Positions 12,398-25,145 are shown, counted from the first letter of the stretch. The stretch: DNA of 64,000 nt from Macrostomum lignano (GCA_002269645.1 NIVC01000598.1:656286-720285); one strand, 5' to 3'. Made by a program: numbers and translations. Notes: generated by a model not told the origin, from the letters alone.

Positions 12398-13038
12398 AGG
12401 AAGGAAGGATGAAGGAAGGAAAGAAGGAAGGAAGGAAGGAAGGGAGGAAGGAAGGAAGGAAGGAAGGAAGGAAGGAAGGAAGGAAGGAAGGAAGGAAGGA
12501 AGGAAGGAAGGAAGGAAGGAAGGAAGGAAGGAAGGAAGGAAGGGAGGAAGGAAGGAAGGAAAGAAGGAAGGAAGGAAGGAAGGAGGAAGGAAGGAAGGAA
12601 GGAAGGAAGGAAGGAAGGAAGGAAGGAAGGAAGGAAGGGAGGAAGGAAGGAAGGAAGGAAGGAGGGAAGGAAGGAAGGAAGGAAGGAAGGAAGGGAGGAA
12701 GGGAAGGAAGGAAGGAAGGAAGGAAGGAAGGAAGGAAGGAAGGAAGGAAGGAAGGAAGGAAGGAAGGAAGGAAGGAAGGAAGGAAGGAAGGAAGGAAGGA
12801 AGGAAGGAAGGAAGGAAGGAAGGAAGGAAGGAAGGAAGGAAGGAAGGAAGGAAGGAAGGAAGGAAGGAAGGAAGGAAGGAAGGAAGGAAGGAAGGAAGGA
12901 AGGGAGGAAGGGAGGAAGGAAGGAAGGAAGGAAGGAAGGAAGGAAGGAAGGAAGGAAGGAAGGAAGGAAGGAAGGAAGGAAGGAAGGAAGGGAGGAAGGG
13001 AGGAAGGAAGGAAGGAAGGAAGGAAGGAAGGGAGGAAG
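12398..13038 (+). repeat. (GGAA)n microsatellite
   Basis: Visible; source of ORFs 12204-13052, 12319-13092 and 12409-13101. Confidence 0.97.
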
Positions 13039-13127
13039 CATCTCTTCGTCAAATGCCGTAAAGTCTTTCACCATACAATGCTCAGAACGCAAAATTACTA
13101 AACCCCAAGTTCTTTAAAACATTTCAG

Positions 13128-13632
13128 CCGACTCAGGTGCCTGGAATCCCTAGGCGATACTGGCACGGCTGAAAACGACGCCTCCTGCAGAAAGCGCTGC
13201 AGCAAGTACTACTATAAGCAAGAGCTGTCAATCACCAGATGGAGGGCCACAGACTTTCAGCTGCACTGGATGCTCAACCAGTCGCAGAGCTGGAAACAGC
13301 TCAAGGAGGCAATCATCCATAGACACAGCGTAGGACCTCTCGCCAAACAGATTCTGAACTACCTGGACGCTCCGGACCTCACCCGGATGCCAGCTGGGAC
13401 TCCGAGTAGGCATGATGAGCTGCCTTCGGGAGAGAACAGCTACGCTTACGTCATAGTTCGACGAAAGACGTTTGACACAACGAGACGAGAGGAGAAGCTG
13501 ACCGTCACATTTGAGGCGCTGGTCAGCCGGGTAGGCGGTCTTTGCTCGCTTTGCCTCGGACTCACCATGGCGTTCTTCGTTGAAATCGTCGAGTTTCTCT
13601 ACTTGGCCTTTTGTCGGCTTCGCGGGGCCTGA
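13128..13632 (+). CDS. DEG/ENaC subunit, exon 4 (TM2 and stop)
   Basis: Acceptor ATTTCAG|C at 13128 fits phase 2 (an in-frame alternative exists at 13137). Reads DRLRCLES...CRKRCSKYYY...TFEALVSRVGGLCSLCLGLTMAFFVEIVEFLY. TGA ends at 13632. Four exons total 1704 nt = 567 aa. Confidence 0.9.
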
Positions 13633-13747
13633 TGGCGAAGCCGCAGAGCCTCTTCTTGTTAGTGAATGTGGGATGCAAGGACTGGATATTCTGGCTAACA
13701 TATTTTAAAAGCTTTAGAGAGTGTTTCATTGTCTTTAATCTCCCAAA

Positions 13748-14005
13748 AAACGTAGCCATTCCCTACCCCCCACAGCTCGCACTCATTCAACAACCTCACC
13801 CCCTACCCCCCCCCCCCCACAGCTCGCACTCATTCAGCAACTTCACTCCCTACCCCCTACAGCTCGCACTCATTCAGCAGCTTTACTCCCTACCCCCACA
13901 GCTCGCACTCATTCAGCAACCTCATTCCCTAACCCCCCCCCACAGCTCGCACTGATTCAGCAACCTCACTCCCTACCCCCCCTATAGCTCGCACTGATTC
14001 AGCAA
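13748..14005 (+). repeat. ~40-bp tandem repeat (CCCTACCCCC..CAGCTCGCACTCATTCAGCAACCTCACT)
   Basis: Several visible copies just after the channel stop codon. Confidence 0.85.
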
Positions 14006-14514
14006 CATCGCCATTGCGAGACATCGGGGTGCAGTACCATCTTGCCCTTCTAATATTTTTTGTTTCTACGAAACCAAAATTGAAACTGAAACATTTTAGC
14101 AGTTAACCTTTTTTTATCTCCAATGACTTAAGCAGGATTTTTTGCTTGACTAGCGAAGTGCATGTATAAATCGCTTGTAAGTGCTTAGCAGTTCTGCTTT
14201 AATTGACTCAATATTAATTGGTAATGTGCTTTTTGTTCATTGTTAATCTATTATTATTTTCCAATTAAAATTATTCCTTTGTGGATAAAAATAGTCCAAA
14301 GTCTCTGCAAAAAGTGAAACTTAAGCTTACACTCGTATCGGCTATCAAGTAATCTTTAAATTCAGCCCTTTTCACAAGATTCTGACGTCTTTCTGTCGGG
14401 ATATGACTTAGACGGCAGTTATATTGGCTATCTATAGACTCTAGAGAGTCAAACCAATACCAGCGTATATAGTAGTAAAGTGCGAAAAATACTTTCTCTG
14501 TCCATCCGTCTAAC

Positions 14515-14565
<51 letters not shown>

Positions 14566-14598
14566 GTGTCTGTGTGTCTGTCTGTCTGTCTGTCTGTC
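14515..14598 (+). repeat. (TCTG)n microsatellite
   Basis: Visible. Confidence 0.9.
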
Positions 14599-15547
14599 TC
14601 TTTGTCTTCATATTTGTCGCTGCATCTCTATTCTCAGTGTCTGTCAGTTGCAGCATTGTGCAAAACGGAAATTTAACGGAATGATATTAGCGTTGAAAGC
14701 AGCTGTGTGTCAATAATGTTGGCATTCTATTCTCTTAAATTTCTCTTATCCTGTAACTAAGGGGAATTAAGCAGGCAGAAGTCGTAAAGGCAGCATGTTT
14801 TCATTCCATCTGCTGTCCCGTCAAGTTCACTGTTCTCCCCGTGTGTGCATTCTTTGCATTTGACAGTCCCTTCATTGGATTGATTCGGTCTGCAGGGCCA
14901 TCAATTTTCTGTCCGCCGGTCAGTTTCCCTTTTATTCGCGCAGATATTATGGCAGCGGCCCCGTTAAGAGCCGGGAGTCTGTCTAGAAGATGCGCCAGTG
15001 CCAGCACAGGCAGATTTCTGTTCTCGCTGATTCCCAATGCCCCTGCTCAGGCATATCTATGCCAGTGATTCGTGTTTACAAGCCAGCGCCGCTTCTATCG
15101 GCATGCCTTGCTCGAGCCGTCCCAAATTCTTATCGGCCTCTGCCGGCTCCTGCAGTCGTTAATCCTCACGAGGAATAAATGAGATTACGCTACTGGAGGT
15201 TGGGGTTGTGTGCGTGCGGCGGAAGGGACGTGGTGTGAATCCGAGCAACCCCCTCCTCTGGACGCCAGAATCATCTGTTCTCCCCCCCCCCCCCCTATAT
15301 CTCAGCTGGCTCTGATTGCCGTCTTCGCTACCAACCATGTACATGTAGTTCTGTGAATCTGAGCCCGTTTTCAGGCTCTAATTATTTCCAATACATCCGC
15401 GTGTCGGCCAGTTAGTGACTGTCAGTTCGCCCCCATTTTGGCGTGACGCTTGCGAGCTGCGGCTTCTGAGGTATCTCTGCTATGATCCACTGCAGTTCGC
15501 GCTTTCTTGTGTTTGTCAAGTTTATGAAGGATGTTTTTTATTGGTCC

Positions 15548-18500
15548 TGTATGTTAGGAAGTGGAAGAAAGGCTGCTGTATGTTAGGAAGTGGAAGAGAG
15601 GGTGCTGTATGTTAGGAAGGGGAAGAGAGGCTGCTGTATGTTAGGAAGTGTAAGAGAGGGTGCTGTATGTTAGGAAGTGTAAGAGAGGCTGCTGTATGTT
15701 AGGAAGTGGAAGAGAGGGTGCTGTATGTTAGGAAGTGGAAGAGAGGCTGCTGTATGTTAGGAAGTGGAAGAGAGGGTGCTGTATGTTAGGAAGTGGAAGA
15801 GAGGCTGCTGTATGTTAGGAAGTGGAAGAGAGGGTGCTGTATGTTAGGAAGTGTAAGAGAGGCTGCTGTATGTTAGGAAGTGGAAGAGAGGGTGCTGTAT
15901 GTTAGGAAGTGGAAGAGAGGGTGCTGTATGTTAGGAAGTGGAAGAGAGGGTGCTGTATGTTAGGAAGTGGAAGAGAGGGTGCTGTATGTTAGGAAGTGTA
16001 AGAGAGGCTGCTGTATGTTAGGAAGTGGAAGAGAGGGTGCTGTATGTTAGGAAGTGGAAGAGAGGGTGCTGTATGTTAGGAAGTGTAAGAGAGGCTGCTG
16101 TATGTTAGGAAGTGGAAGAGAGGCTGCTGTATGTTAGGAAGTGTAAGAGAGGCTGCTGTATGTTAGGAAGTGGAAGAGAGGGTGCTGTATGTTAGGAAGT
16201 GTAAGAGAGGCTGCTGTATGTTAGGAAGTGGAAGAGAGGGTGCTGTATGTTAGGAAGTGGAAGAGAGGGTGCTGTATGTTAGGAAGTGTAAGAGAGGCTG
16301 CTGTATGTTAGGAAGTGGAAGAGAGGCTGCTGTATGTTAGGAAGTGTAAGAGAGGCTGCTGTATGTTAGGAAGTGGAAGAGAGGGTGCTGTATGTTAGGA
16401 AGTGTAAGAGAGGCTGCTGTATGTTAGGAAGTGGAAGAGAGGGTGCTGTATGTTAGGAAGTGGAAGAGAGGGTGCTGTATGTTAGGAAGTGTAAGAGAGG
16501 CTGCTGTATGTTAGGAAGTGGAAGAGAGGGTGCTGTATGTTAGGAAGGGGAAGAGAGGGTGCTGTATGTTAGGAAGTGGAAGAGAGGGTGCTGTATGTTA
16601 GGAAGTGGAAGAGAGGGTGCTGTATGCTAGGAAGGGGAAGAGAGGCTGCTGTATGTTTGGAAGTGGAAGAGAGGGTGCTGTATGTTAGGAAGTGTAAGAG
16701 AGACTGCTGTATGTTATGAAGTGGAAGAGAGGGTGCTGTATGCTAGGAAGGGGAAGAGAGGCTGCTGTATGTTAGGAAGTGGAAGAGAGGGTGCTGTATG
16801 TTAGGAAGGGGAAGAGAGGGTGCTGTATGTTAGGAAGGGGAAGAGAGGGTGCTGTATGTTAGGAAGTGGAAGAGAGGGTGCTGTATGTTAGGAAGGGGAA
16901 GAGAGGGTGCTGTATGTTAGGAAGGGGAAGAGAGGGTGCTGTATGTTAGGAAGTGGAAGAGAGGCTGCTGTATGTTAGGAAGGGAAGAGAGGGTGCTGTA
17001 TGTTAGGAAGTGGAAGAGAGGGTGCTGTATGTTAGGAAGTGGAAGAGAGGGTGCTGTATGTTAGGAAGTGGAAGAGAGGGTGCTGTATGTTAGGAAGTGG
17101 AAGAGAGGGTGCTGTATGTTAGGAAGTGGAAGAGAGGGTGCTGTATGTTAGGAAGTGTAAGAGAGGCTGCTGTATGTTAGGAAGTGGAAGAGAGGGTGCT
17201 GTATGTTAGGAAGTGGAAGAGAGGGTGCTGTATGTTAGGAAGTGGAAGAGAGGGTGCTGTATGTTAGGAAGGGGAAGAGAGGGTGCTGTATGTTAGGAAG
17301 TGGAAGAGAGGCTGCTGTATGTTAGGAAGGGGAAGAGAGGGTGCTGTATGTTAGGAAGTGGAAGAGAGGGTGCTGTATGTTAGGAAGTGGAAGAGAGGCT
17401 GCTGTATGTTAGGAAGTGGAAGAGAGGGTGCTGTATGTTAGGAAGTGGAAGAGAGGCTGCTGTATGTTAGGAAGTGGAAGAGAGGGTGCTGTATGTTAGG
17501 AAGTGGAAGAGAGGGTGCTGTATGTTAGGAAGTGGAAGAGAGGGTGCTGTATGTTAGGAAGTGGAAGAGAGGGTGCTGTATGTTAGGAAGTGGAAGAGAG
17601 GGTGATGTATGTTAGGAAGTGGAAGAGAGGCTGCTGTATGTTAGGAAGTGGAAGAGAGGGTGCTGTATGTTAGGAAGTGGAAGAGAGGGTGCTGTATGTT
17701 AGGAAGTGGAAGAGAGGGTGCTGTATGTTAGGAAGGGGAAGAGAGGGTGCTGTATGTTAGGAAGTGGAAGAGAGGGTGCTGTATGTTAGGAAGTGTAAGA
17801 GAGGCTGCTGTATGTTAGGAAGTGGAAGAGAGGGTGCTGTATGTTTGGAAGTGGAAGAGAGGGTGCTGTATGTTAGGAAGTGGAAGAGAGGGTGCTGTAT
17901 GTTAGGAAGTGGAAGAGAGGGTGCTGTATCTTAGGAAGTGGAAGAGAGGGTGCTGTATGTTAGGAAGTGGAAGAGAGGGTGCTGTATGTTAGGAAGTGTA
18001 AGAGAGGGTGCTGTATGCTAGGAAGGGGAAGAGAGGCTGCTGTATGTTTGGAAGTGGAAGAGAGGGTGCTGTATGTTAGGAAGTGGAAGAGAGGCTGCTG
18101 TATGTTAGGAAGTGTAAGAGAGGGTGCTGTATGCTAGGAAGGGGAAGAGAGGCTGCTGTATGTTTGGAAGTGGAAGAGAGGGTGCTGTATGTTAGGAAGT
18201 GGAAGAGAGGGTGCTGTATGTTAGGAAGTGGAAGAGAGGGTGCTGTATGTTAGGAAGTGTAAGAGAGGGTGCTGTATGCTAGGAAGGGGAAGAGAGGCTG
18301 CTGTATGTTTGGAAGTGGAAGAGAGGGTGCTGTATGTTAGGAAGTGGAAGAGAGGGTGCTGTATGTTAGGAAGTGTAAGAGAGGGTGCTGTATGTTAGGA
18401 AGTGGAAGAGAGGGTGCTGTATGTTTGGAAGTGGAAGAGAGGGTGCTGTATGTTAGGAAGTGGAAGAGAGGCTGCTGTATGTTTGGAAGTGGAAGAGAGG

Positions 18501-19230
18501 GTGCTGTATGCTAGGAAGGGGAAGAGAGGCTGCTGTATGTTAGGAAGTGGAAGAGAGGGTGCTGTATGTTAGGAAGGGGAAGAGAGGGTGCTGTATGTTA
18601 GGAAGGGGAAGAGAGGGTGCTGTATGTTAGGAAGTGGAAGAGAGGCTGCTGTATGTTTGGAAGTGGAAGAGAGGGTGCTGTATGTTAGGAAGTGGAAGAG
18701 AGGGTGCTGTATGTTAGGAAGTGGAAGAGAGGGTGCTGTATGTTTGGAAGTGGAAGAGAGGGTGCTGTATGCTAGGAAGGGGAAGAGAGGCTGCTGTATG
18801 TTAGGAAGTGGAAGAGAGGGTGCTGTATGTTAGGAAGGGGAAGAGAGGGTGCTGTATGTTAGGAAGGGGAAGAGAGGGTGCTGTATGTTAGGAAGTGGAA
18901 GAGAGGCTGCTGTATGTTTGGAAGTGGAAGAGAGGGTGCTGTATGTTAGGAAGTGGAAGAGAGGGTGCTGTATGTTAGGAAGTGGAAGAGAGGGTGCTGT
19001 ATGTTTGGAAGTGGAAGAGAGGGTGCTGTATGTTAGGAAGTGGAAGAGAGGCTGCTGCATGTTAGGAAGTGGAAGAGTGGCTGCTACATGTCAAGTGGAA
19101 GAGAGGCTGCTGCAGATGCAACAGAATAGGGTGCTGTATGTTAGGAAGTGGAAGAGAGGGTGCTGCATGTTTGGAAGTGGAAGAGAGGGTGCTGTATGTT
19201 TGGAAGTGGAAGAGAGGTTGCTGTATGTTT
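15548..19230 (+). repeat. 29-bp minisatellite TGCTGTATGTTAGGAAGTGGAAGAGAGGG, ~3.7 kb
   Basis: Visible array with a few recurring variants. Confidence 0.97.
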
Positions 19231-20082
19231 GGGGGTCAAAAGGAGGGAAATATTGAAGAAATTTTTTGTCTAAATTGAAACGTAATCTGTTTTTGAATGG
19301 AACAAACCAAGCGGTCGAAACACTGCGTATCACAGATACACAGATATTGACGTCGGTAAATCACTGCTTCAGTATTGAATTCGTGGATTTTTTACTCTGC
19401 TTTTGCATTGAAGGCCAACGTTCAAAACAGAAAGAGGTCGTCCAACAGCTGCATCCTGACGAAAAGTACTTTTCAGGACATACCTGGCAAAAAATTTTTC
19501 CCAACGTCTTATCTCTCGCGAATTTCGCTGCGTCCAACTCCATGCGGTCGCACGGGCTTCCCGTGTCAGCGCTTGCATTTTCGACCAACGCACCGCATGT
19601 ATTCCCTTGGCCTTGGTTCCCATTTTGAAGCTTTGCGCCACTGTTTGGTGAAACGATGGCCGCCTCTTGCACTTCTGCCGCGGTGGAAGCGCTGGATTTG
19701 GACATTCAGACCTCCGGGGAAAACGCAAAGTGCGGGGGAGGATGAGGCTGGGCTGGTGACAGCACGGGGAGTTGTCGGACTGGCTCCGCGAACGACACTC
19801 TGGGAGCTGAGGGAGCGCCAGCTAGAGGGAGGGGGAGTGAAAAAATGGAAAGAAGTGGCTTGGAACGGATGGACCAATTGCAGAGCGGTCAGGAATCGGT
19901 TCTAGCAGAGAAGCAGAGATATAAGGGGATATAGCAACAGAGATGCGTAGGCACACGAACGACTCACTCCTCTGCGAACATTTGAACCGAAGTTCAGTCA
20001 AAGCTAGTTAAGGTAAACGAAGAAGTAAAACAATTTGGCCACAGCCCCAGACCCCAGATCGCTAGCGCAAAGCCAAATCAGC

Positions 20083-20925
20083 ATGACCCGGCAGTACAGC
20101 CTGCCAAGCCGAGCCTCGGCAGTCAGCACGGCCGGTTTCGGCCTTCGCAACATCACGGTCGGCGGCCTCGACAGCATCGACTTATCAATCGGCGCATTTA
20201 ACGGCAGCGTCACCGTCGGGTGCGACAGCAGCGGGGCGGACATCGATCAGCCGAAGCGCGACTGCAGCGGCTACAACTTTAGCGCTTTGGAGAGCCTGGA
20301 GCACAACATGGCAAAATTCCATGGCTACCTGAGCAGCAGCGTCTGCGTGATTGGCATCCTGCTAAACATCATCGTCTGTGTGGTGCTCACGAGGAAGGCG
20401 ATGAGAAATCCGTTCAATTTGATTCTGACCTGCATCGCTCTGTGCGACATCGGTAAACTGGCCTCCTATACCTACTATGCTGTGTACTTGTACGTGCTGA
20501 GCGAGCCCAGCCCCGACGGCGGGCACTCCCGCCTGGGCATTCTGCTCATTCTGGTGCACAACGTTGTGTCCATAGTAGGCCACGTGATTGGCACGCTGTT
20601 TACCGTGGCGCTGGCTTTCTTCCGCTTCGTAGCCGTCTACTTCCCGACAGACGGGCCGGCTTGGTGCAGCATGCGGAGAGCACGCTGCTGCCTGCTGGGC
20701 ATCGTTGTGGTGTCCCTGCTGGCCACCATGCCCAACTCGCTCATCTACAAGATGATCAACTGCGGAGCCGAGGGTACGGACAGCTGGTGGTTCAAGCTGT
20801 ACGACTGGGTCGAGGAACTGCACATTGAGACGTTAAACATGTACATCTATGGGATCTTCGTGAAGATGACCAGTTCGTTGTTAAACTGCATTTTCAGCGG
20901 GATGCTGCTCTACACGCTGCAGCAG
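20083..20925 (+). CDS. Class A GPCR, myosuppressin/DMSR (FMRFamide-related peptide receptor)-like, exon 1 (TM1-5)
   Basis: First ATG is 20083; the track start at 20035 is TTG. TM1 GILLNIIVCVVLTRKAMRNPFN, TM2 IALCD, TM3 end LAFFRFVAVYFP. Donor CAG|GTGAGT at 20926, phase 0. Confidence 0.88.
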
Positions 20926-23240
20926 GTGAGTCGTAAACTTTTCTATTTCCGCAGCAAAGTTCACAAAATAAATTGTTTATGCAGAAAACTGCGCCCTGAA
21001 CATTGCCTATTCTGCAGTGAAGCAAAAGTGCAGAGCGAGTGACGGAAAATGGGCCAGTGACCGATATGTTTGTGTTTCGGTTTCCGCATCAACGCTTGTA
21101 GAGAAGAGGGCTCGCTTAACCACTTAAGTGAACTGGCCTATAGTAGCCGACCCACAGCTTTTCTATGTAATAATATTATTGCCTGCCATTTATCCTGTCT
21201 TTTCATGCCCCGTAAACAGATAATGTGCAATGCAGCGGTTCGTTCAGTCTGGCGTAGTGCACTGAGCCCTTTAGAATCAGTTAGACAGGCATTAGGCATA
21301 TTTTATTTGACTACTCAGCGCGAAATTTAATTGGGGAAAATTCTGTCGACAATCGAGTGACTTGCCAACCGATTTCTCCAACTCTGAGGCAAGAAATCTG
21401 AGTCACGTGACGACTTTTTCTAGCCGAGATAAGCCGATTAGCAACTTTTTAAACCGGATGCTGTAATCTGAACTTGAAGGGGTGGCTAATTCCGAAATAG
21501 GAACATTCATTAGTCTCGAAATTGTTTGGAAGATCTTTGGCATGGGGAAATGGATCTGGTGGCCATTTAATCCTGGGCTTAAAAATATTGCAAACCAGGA
21601 AATTAAATGCCCGATTGCGTAGGAAGCAAAAATCAAACAGACCATCCTTCGAATTCTTCAATCTTCCAAGAAACATTATCCCATCAAATTAAATTTTCTA
21701 ATTTGTTGTCGCTCAAGCCACAAGTTCTGCCATCTTTGCTGTATTCGGAATTGATGGACAGGTGAATGCTTGTAGAGGTTACTCGGAATCGTCAGATTCT
21801 CCTAGTGTTGGCAGCAAAGACATTGCAAATTAAATTACAGATAGCAACAGGCGAGCAACCCGCGCATTAGTAACAGTACCTGCTGGGTAGGAAATACCTT
21901 TTGACAGAAAGCGCCGCTCAGCTCAGATCGGGAAAAAATTAACCGCAACGAAGTGCGGATAAGCTATACGGGATCGCACGCTATGAGCAGAAGCCAGAAG
22001 CGACAGACGTCGGGACAGAGAGAGCCCCCACAGAAAAGCTCTGGGCAACGAGTGAGATCGAGGGCGGAGTTGGGGGTTTGTTAAAATATGACTGATGAAA
22101 AGCGAGCGGCTCAAGCGGCTTCTCGGACACTTTCATCATCCAGAAAGTGAATTCTGAGTACTCTAAGAGGAGACCGAATCCCGCACGAAGGGGAGGAGAG
22201 AGACAGTGACAGAGCAGAATGGGGAGAGCCAAGGACGGGTGTGCAGCGGAAGTGGATAACGAGCTGTGGACTGAAGTCACGACACCAATCCATTCTTCCA
22301 CCCGGGCTTGGGTTCCAGATCGCGCTTTCCTGTGACTTCTATGCCAGATGTTTGCCCAGCAACCACTACCCTCTATGCCTAAGTCACTCTCTCTGTTATT
22401 TTTACTTACTAGAGATATTTCTTATTGAGAATAAGCTCAGATAGTCTTGTCCATTATTAATAATTCAACGGGACGAAGTGCACCCGATTCAACCTTCAGC
22501 GCTCACTTTTATCTGTCGAATCTTGATAATGGCAGTGATGATGAGCAGTGATGAAAACTAGTGAAGGCAGCTGCGTAAAGGCAGATAAAAGCTTACTTTA
22601 AGTCTCAGTTGCCGAGATATTGAGGCTTGGCAGAAGACATTGTCTTAGTGTTAAATCCATTTGAGTCTGGCTTTTCATTGTCGTTTACATTCACGTCTCG
22701 TCTCTTATGTGCAAAATGAGAATCTCCGAGTATTTACGAGCGCAAGGTGAAAGCTGCAATCAAAAATGTTTGTAGCTGTTGTGCAATGAGACACGGACTA
22801 CTTAAGCCGAGGGCACCAGCTCTACTTATTCTTGTTTTTAGTGTTGCAGGAATCGATAATTTTTTGCGAGAAGAGGCAGAGTTTTCCGTCATCTCTTGCA
22901 CTTCTCTCTCTGGTATAAATATCGATGTTTCTTCCCCAATCTAGCGTTTTCCTGGAGCAGTGAGCGCACAGTATAAATAGAAAGTAAGCAGATGGTAGAG
23001 TGCTCAGCAAAAGCCCACAGTGAGGCTCTTCAAAGTTGAATGGCAATTTTAAGTGACTTTCCATTCAGTAAAAGTTTTAACGATCAGCAGTAGAAATAAT
23101 GTCCTTTAAAACAAAAAACGTCTGGGATCTGTTTGACCAAAATTTCCAGATTGGGGCAACTTTGATGGTATGCTACTGAGAGGACAGATTTGACTCCCTT
23201 CCTTGGGTTGTTGCTGAAGATGGTCGAATCTACTTTGGTA

Positions 23241-24059
23241 TTGGTTTTTGCGAGCTATCTCAGCCAAGGAGCAAGCAAACTCATCCATCCCATAGATTTC
23301 AATACGACGAAGGAGGTGGTTTGAACCATAGACTATCACGTTTTTTCAACCAAACTCATCCAACGGCGAGCAATCTCAGCCATAGCTTGTCTGCCCATTC
23401 ATTTCCTCTTCCCTTCTTTCTTTCCTCCTCCTCCGATGGCTCAGTTGCGACAAACATCCAACTCCGACAGAGAGAAGCTAATCAACGCATGGAATGACGG
23501 ACAAAATTTGAGCACTGCTTCACGCATTCTCGGGATAAAGCTGAAGACGTCCAGACATATAATCCGGACTTACGTAGCTACTGGAAGAATTGCTGCTCTC
23601 CAACGTGGCGGAATAAGGGAGGAATCAAGCAAAATTGACGCAGAAATGGCCGCATTGCCTTGGACACGGTGACACCACCGAAGGTGGCTCGCTGGGAAAT
23701 TCATTGCGGCAGAAATTATGCTCAGTGCATCCAGCAGCAGCCCTTTGTCTAATGAGACTAGCTGACAAATTGACACCGTGCATCAGATGCAACCAGTGCT
23801 TATTTAGTGAGTCATTTGTTTGTTCCGTTAGTCAATTTCCTGTGTTCTGATGTGCTGCTCTATCATTAAGTCTCTTATATACGAACCAATTAAATTTTTG
23901 GCTTAATAAACAAGCTATGGCTGAGATTGCTCGCCGTTGGATGAGTTTGGTTGAAAAAACGTGATAGTCTATGGTTCAAACCACCTCCTTCGTCGTATTG
24001 AAATCTATGGGATGGATGTGTTTGCTTGCTCCTTGGCTGAGATAGCTCGCAAAAACCAA
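23241..24059 (+). mobile_element. Internally deleted IS630-Tc1-mariner-type element with 150-bp TIRs
   Basis: Near-perfect inverted repeats at 23241-23390 and 23910-24059, with TA on both sides (23239-40, 24060-61). Internal ORF 23436-23672 looks like a transposase N-terminal HTH. Confidence 0.85.
23436..23672 (+). pseudogene. Truncated transposase N-terminal HTH remnant
   Basis: DREKLINAWNDGQNLSTASRILGIKLKTSRHIIRTYVATGRIAALQRGG matches the Tc1/IS630 paired-like HTH pattern; no catalytic domain. Confidence 0.6.
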
Positions 24060-24114
24060 TATTATTTTTTTATGAACAACACAACAGTTAAAAAACTTCA
24101 ACGATAATCCGCAG

Positions 24115-24609
24115 GTGCGCAAGCGTCGAAAGCGTCTAAAGTCCGAGCAAGTACGCGCGCGGGAGGCGCGCAGCCTTCGCGAGAACACCCGCACCACAGT
24201 GCTCCTGGTTGCTGTGGTGACAAGCTTCACCGTCACTGAGTTCCCACAGGGCTGCCTCAACCTGGCTGCCGCTGTTGACGACTGCGTGTTCAACACCATC
24301 TACAGGCAAGTCGGCAACGTGATGGACATCCTGGTGATTCTTAACTCGGCGACAAACTTCTTCTGGCTCTACGGCATGAGCTCTCAGTTTCGCGATGTGT
24401 TTGTGCAAATCTTCGTGCCCAGATTCCTGGCCCGGACTCGGGAGGAGATGAAGCAAAAGCGACGGGAGCGGAGGCTGCAGCGGCAACAGCAGCAACAATT
24501 GTTGCCAGTCGAGCCAACGAATAACTGCTGCGACAGAGGCCCGCTGGCAGTTGCTAATGATGACATTCCAACAATTGACAGGGACTACCAGGACAGCACC
24601 GCAGTGTAA
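24115..24609 (+). CDS. DMSR-like GPCR, exon 2 (TM6-7 and tail)
   Basis: Acceptor CCGCAG|GTG at 24115, phase 0. RENTRTTVLLVAVVTSFTVTEFPQG carries the E-x-PQG motif typical of DMSR/myosuppressin receptors; TM7 ILNSATNFFWLYGMSSQFRDVF. Total 445 aa. Confidence 0.88.
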   Translation: MRKRRKRLKSEQVRAREARSLRENTRTTVLLVAVVTSFTVTEFPQGCLNLAAAVDDCVFNTIYRQVGNVMDILVILNSATNFFWLYGMSSQFRDVFVQIFVPRFLARTREEMKQKRRERRLQRQQQQQLLPVEPTNNCCDRGPLAVANDDIPTIDRDYQDSTAV

Positions 24610-25145
24610 CCGATATTTAAACTCCGTTTTCTCTCTTCTATTCGTACCATTTTTATTCGAGTTCCAGTGCCTCGACCGAGTCTCTTATCGTGAGCGCACA
24701 TTAACAAACTAAGCATCATCACACCAAGAGCCTATCGCTTGCAGAAGGCGTGACTCACTTTGGTAAACTGATCGAATGCTGAACTATTTGTACTGTATAA
24801 ACTACATGTATTGTTAGATTCGCTGTCAATTCTGATGAAAATATTTGCACTGTGTACGAACGCTGCGTTACTTGTCTGTCACTTGTCCGTCACTCAATAT
24901 TAATTTAATTTACTCAGTGTATGCATGTACAGTACCATAGTGCGGCAGCTTAAGTGCAAATCCGTGTACAGATGATATCATGTGAACCGGCCAGAGCCGG
25001 TGTCGGTGCCGACACCCCAAGTCTCTGCTTCAAGAATCACTGCGCTTGTAATGGTCCAGCTATTTGGTTTCCGGTGTTACAAAATGCGCTGTGTGTTTGT
25101 TTATTTCCTATACCTGTAAAAAACAGATTTGAGAGCTTCTATGTA

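Noticed and set aside
19361-19728. FCQVC...GCSC Cys cluster suggesting a transposase zinc finger
   Set aside because: No complete His/Cys ligand set, termini or neighbouring transposase sequence visible.
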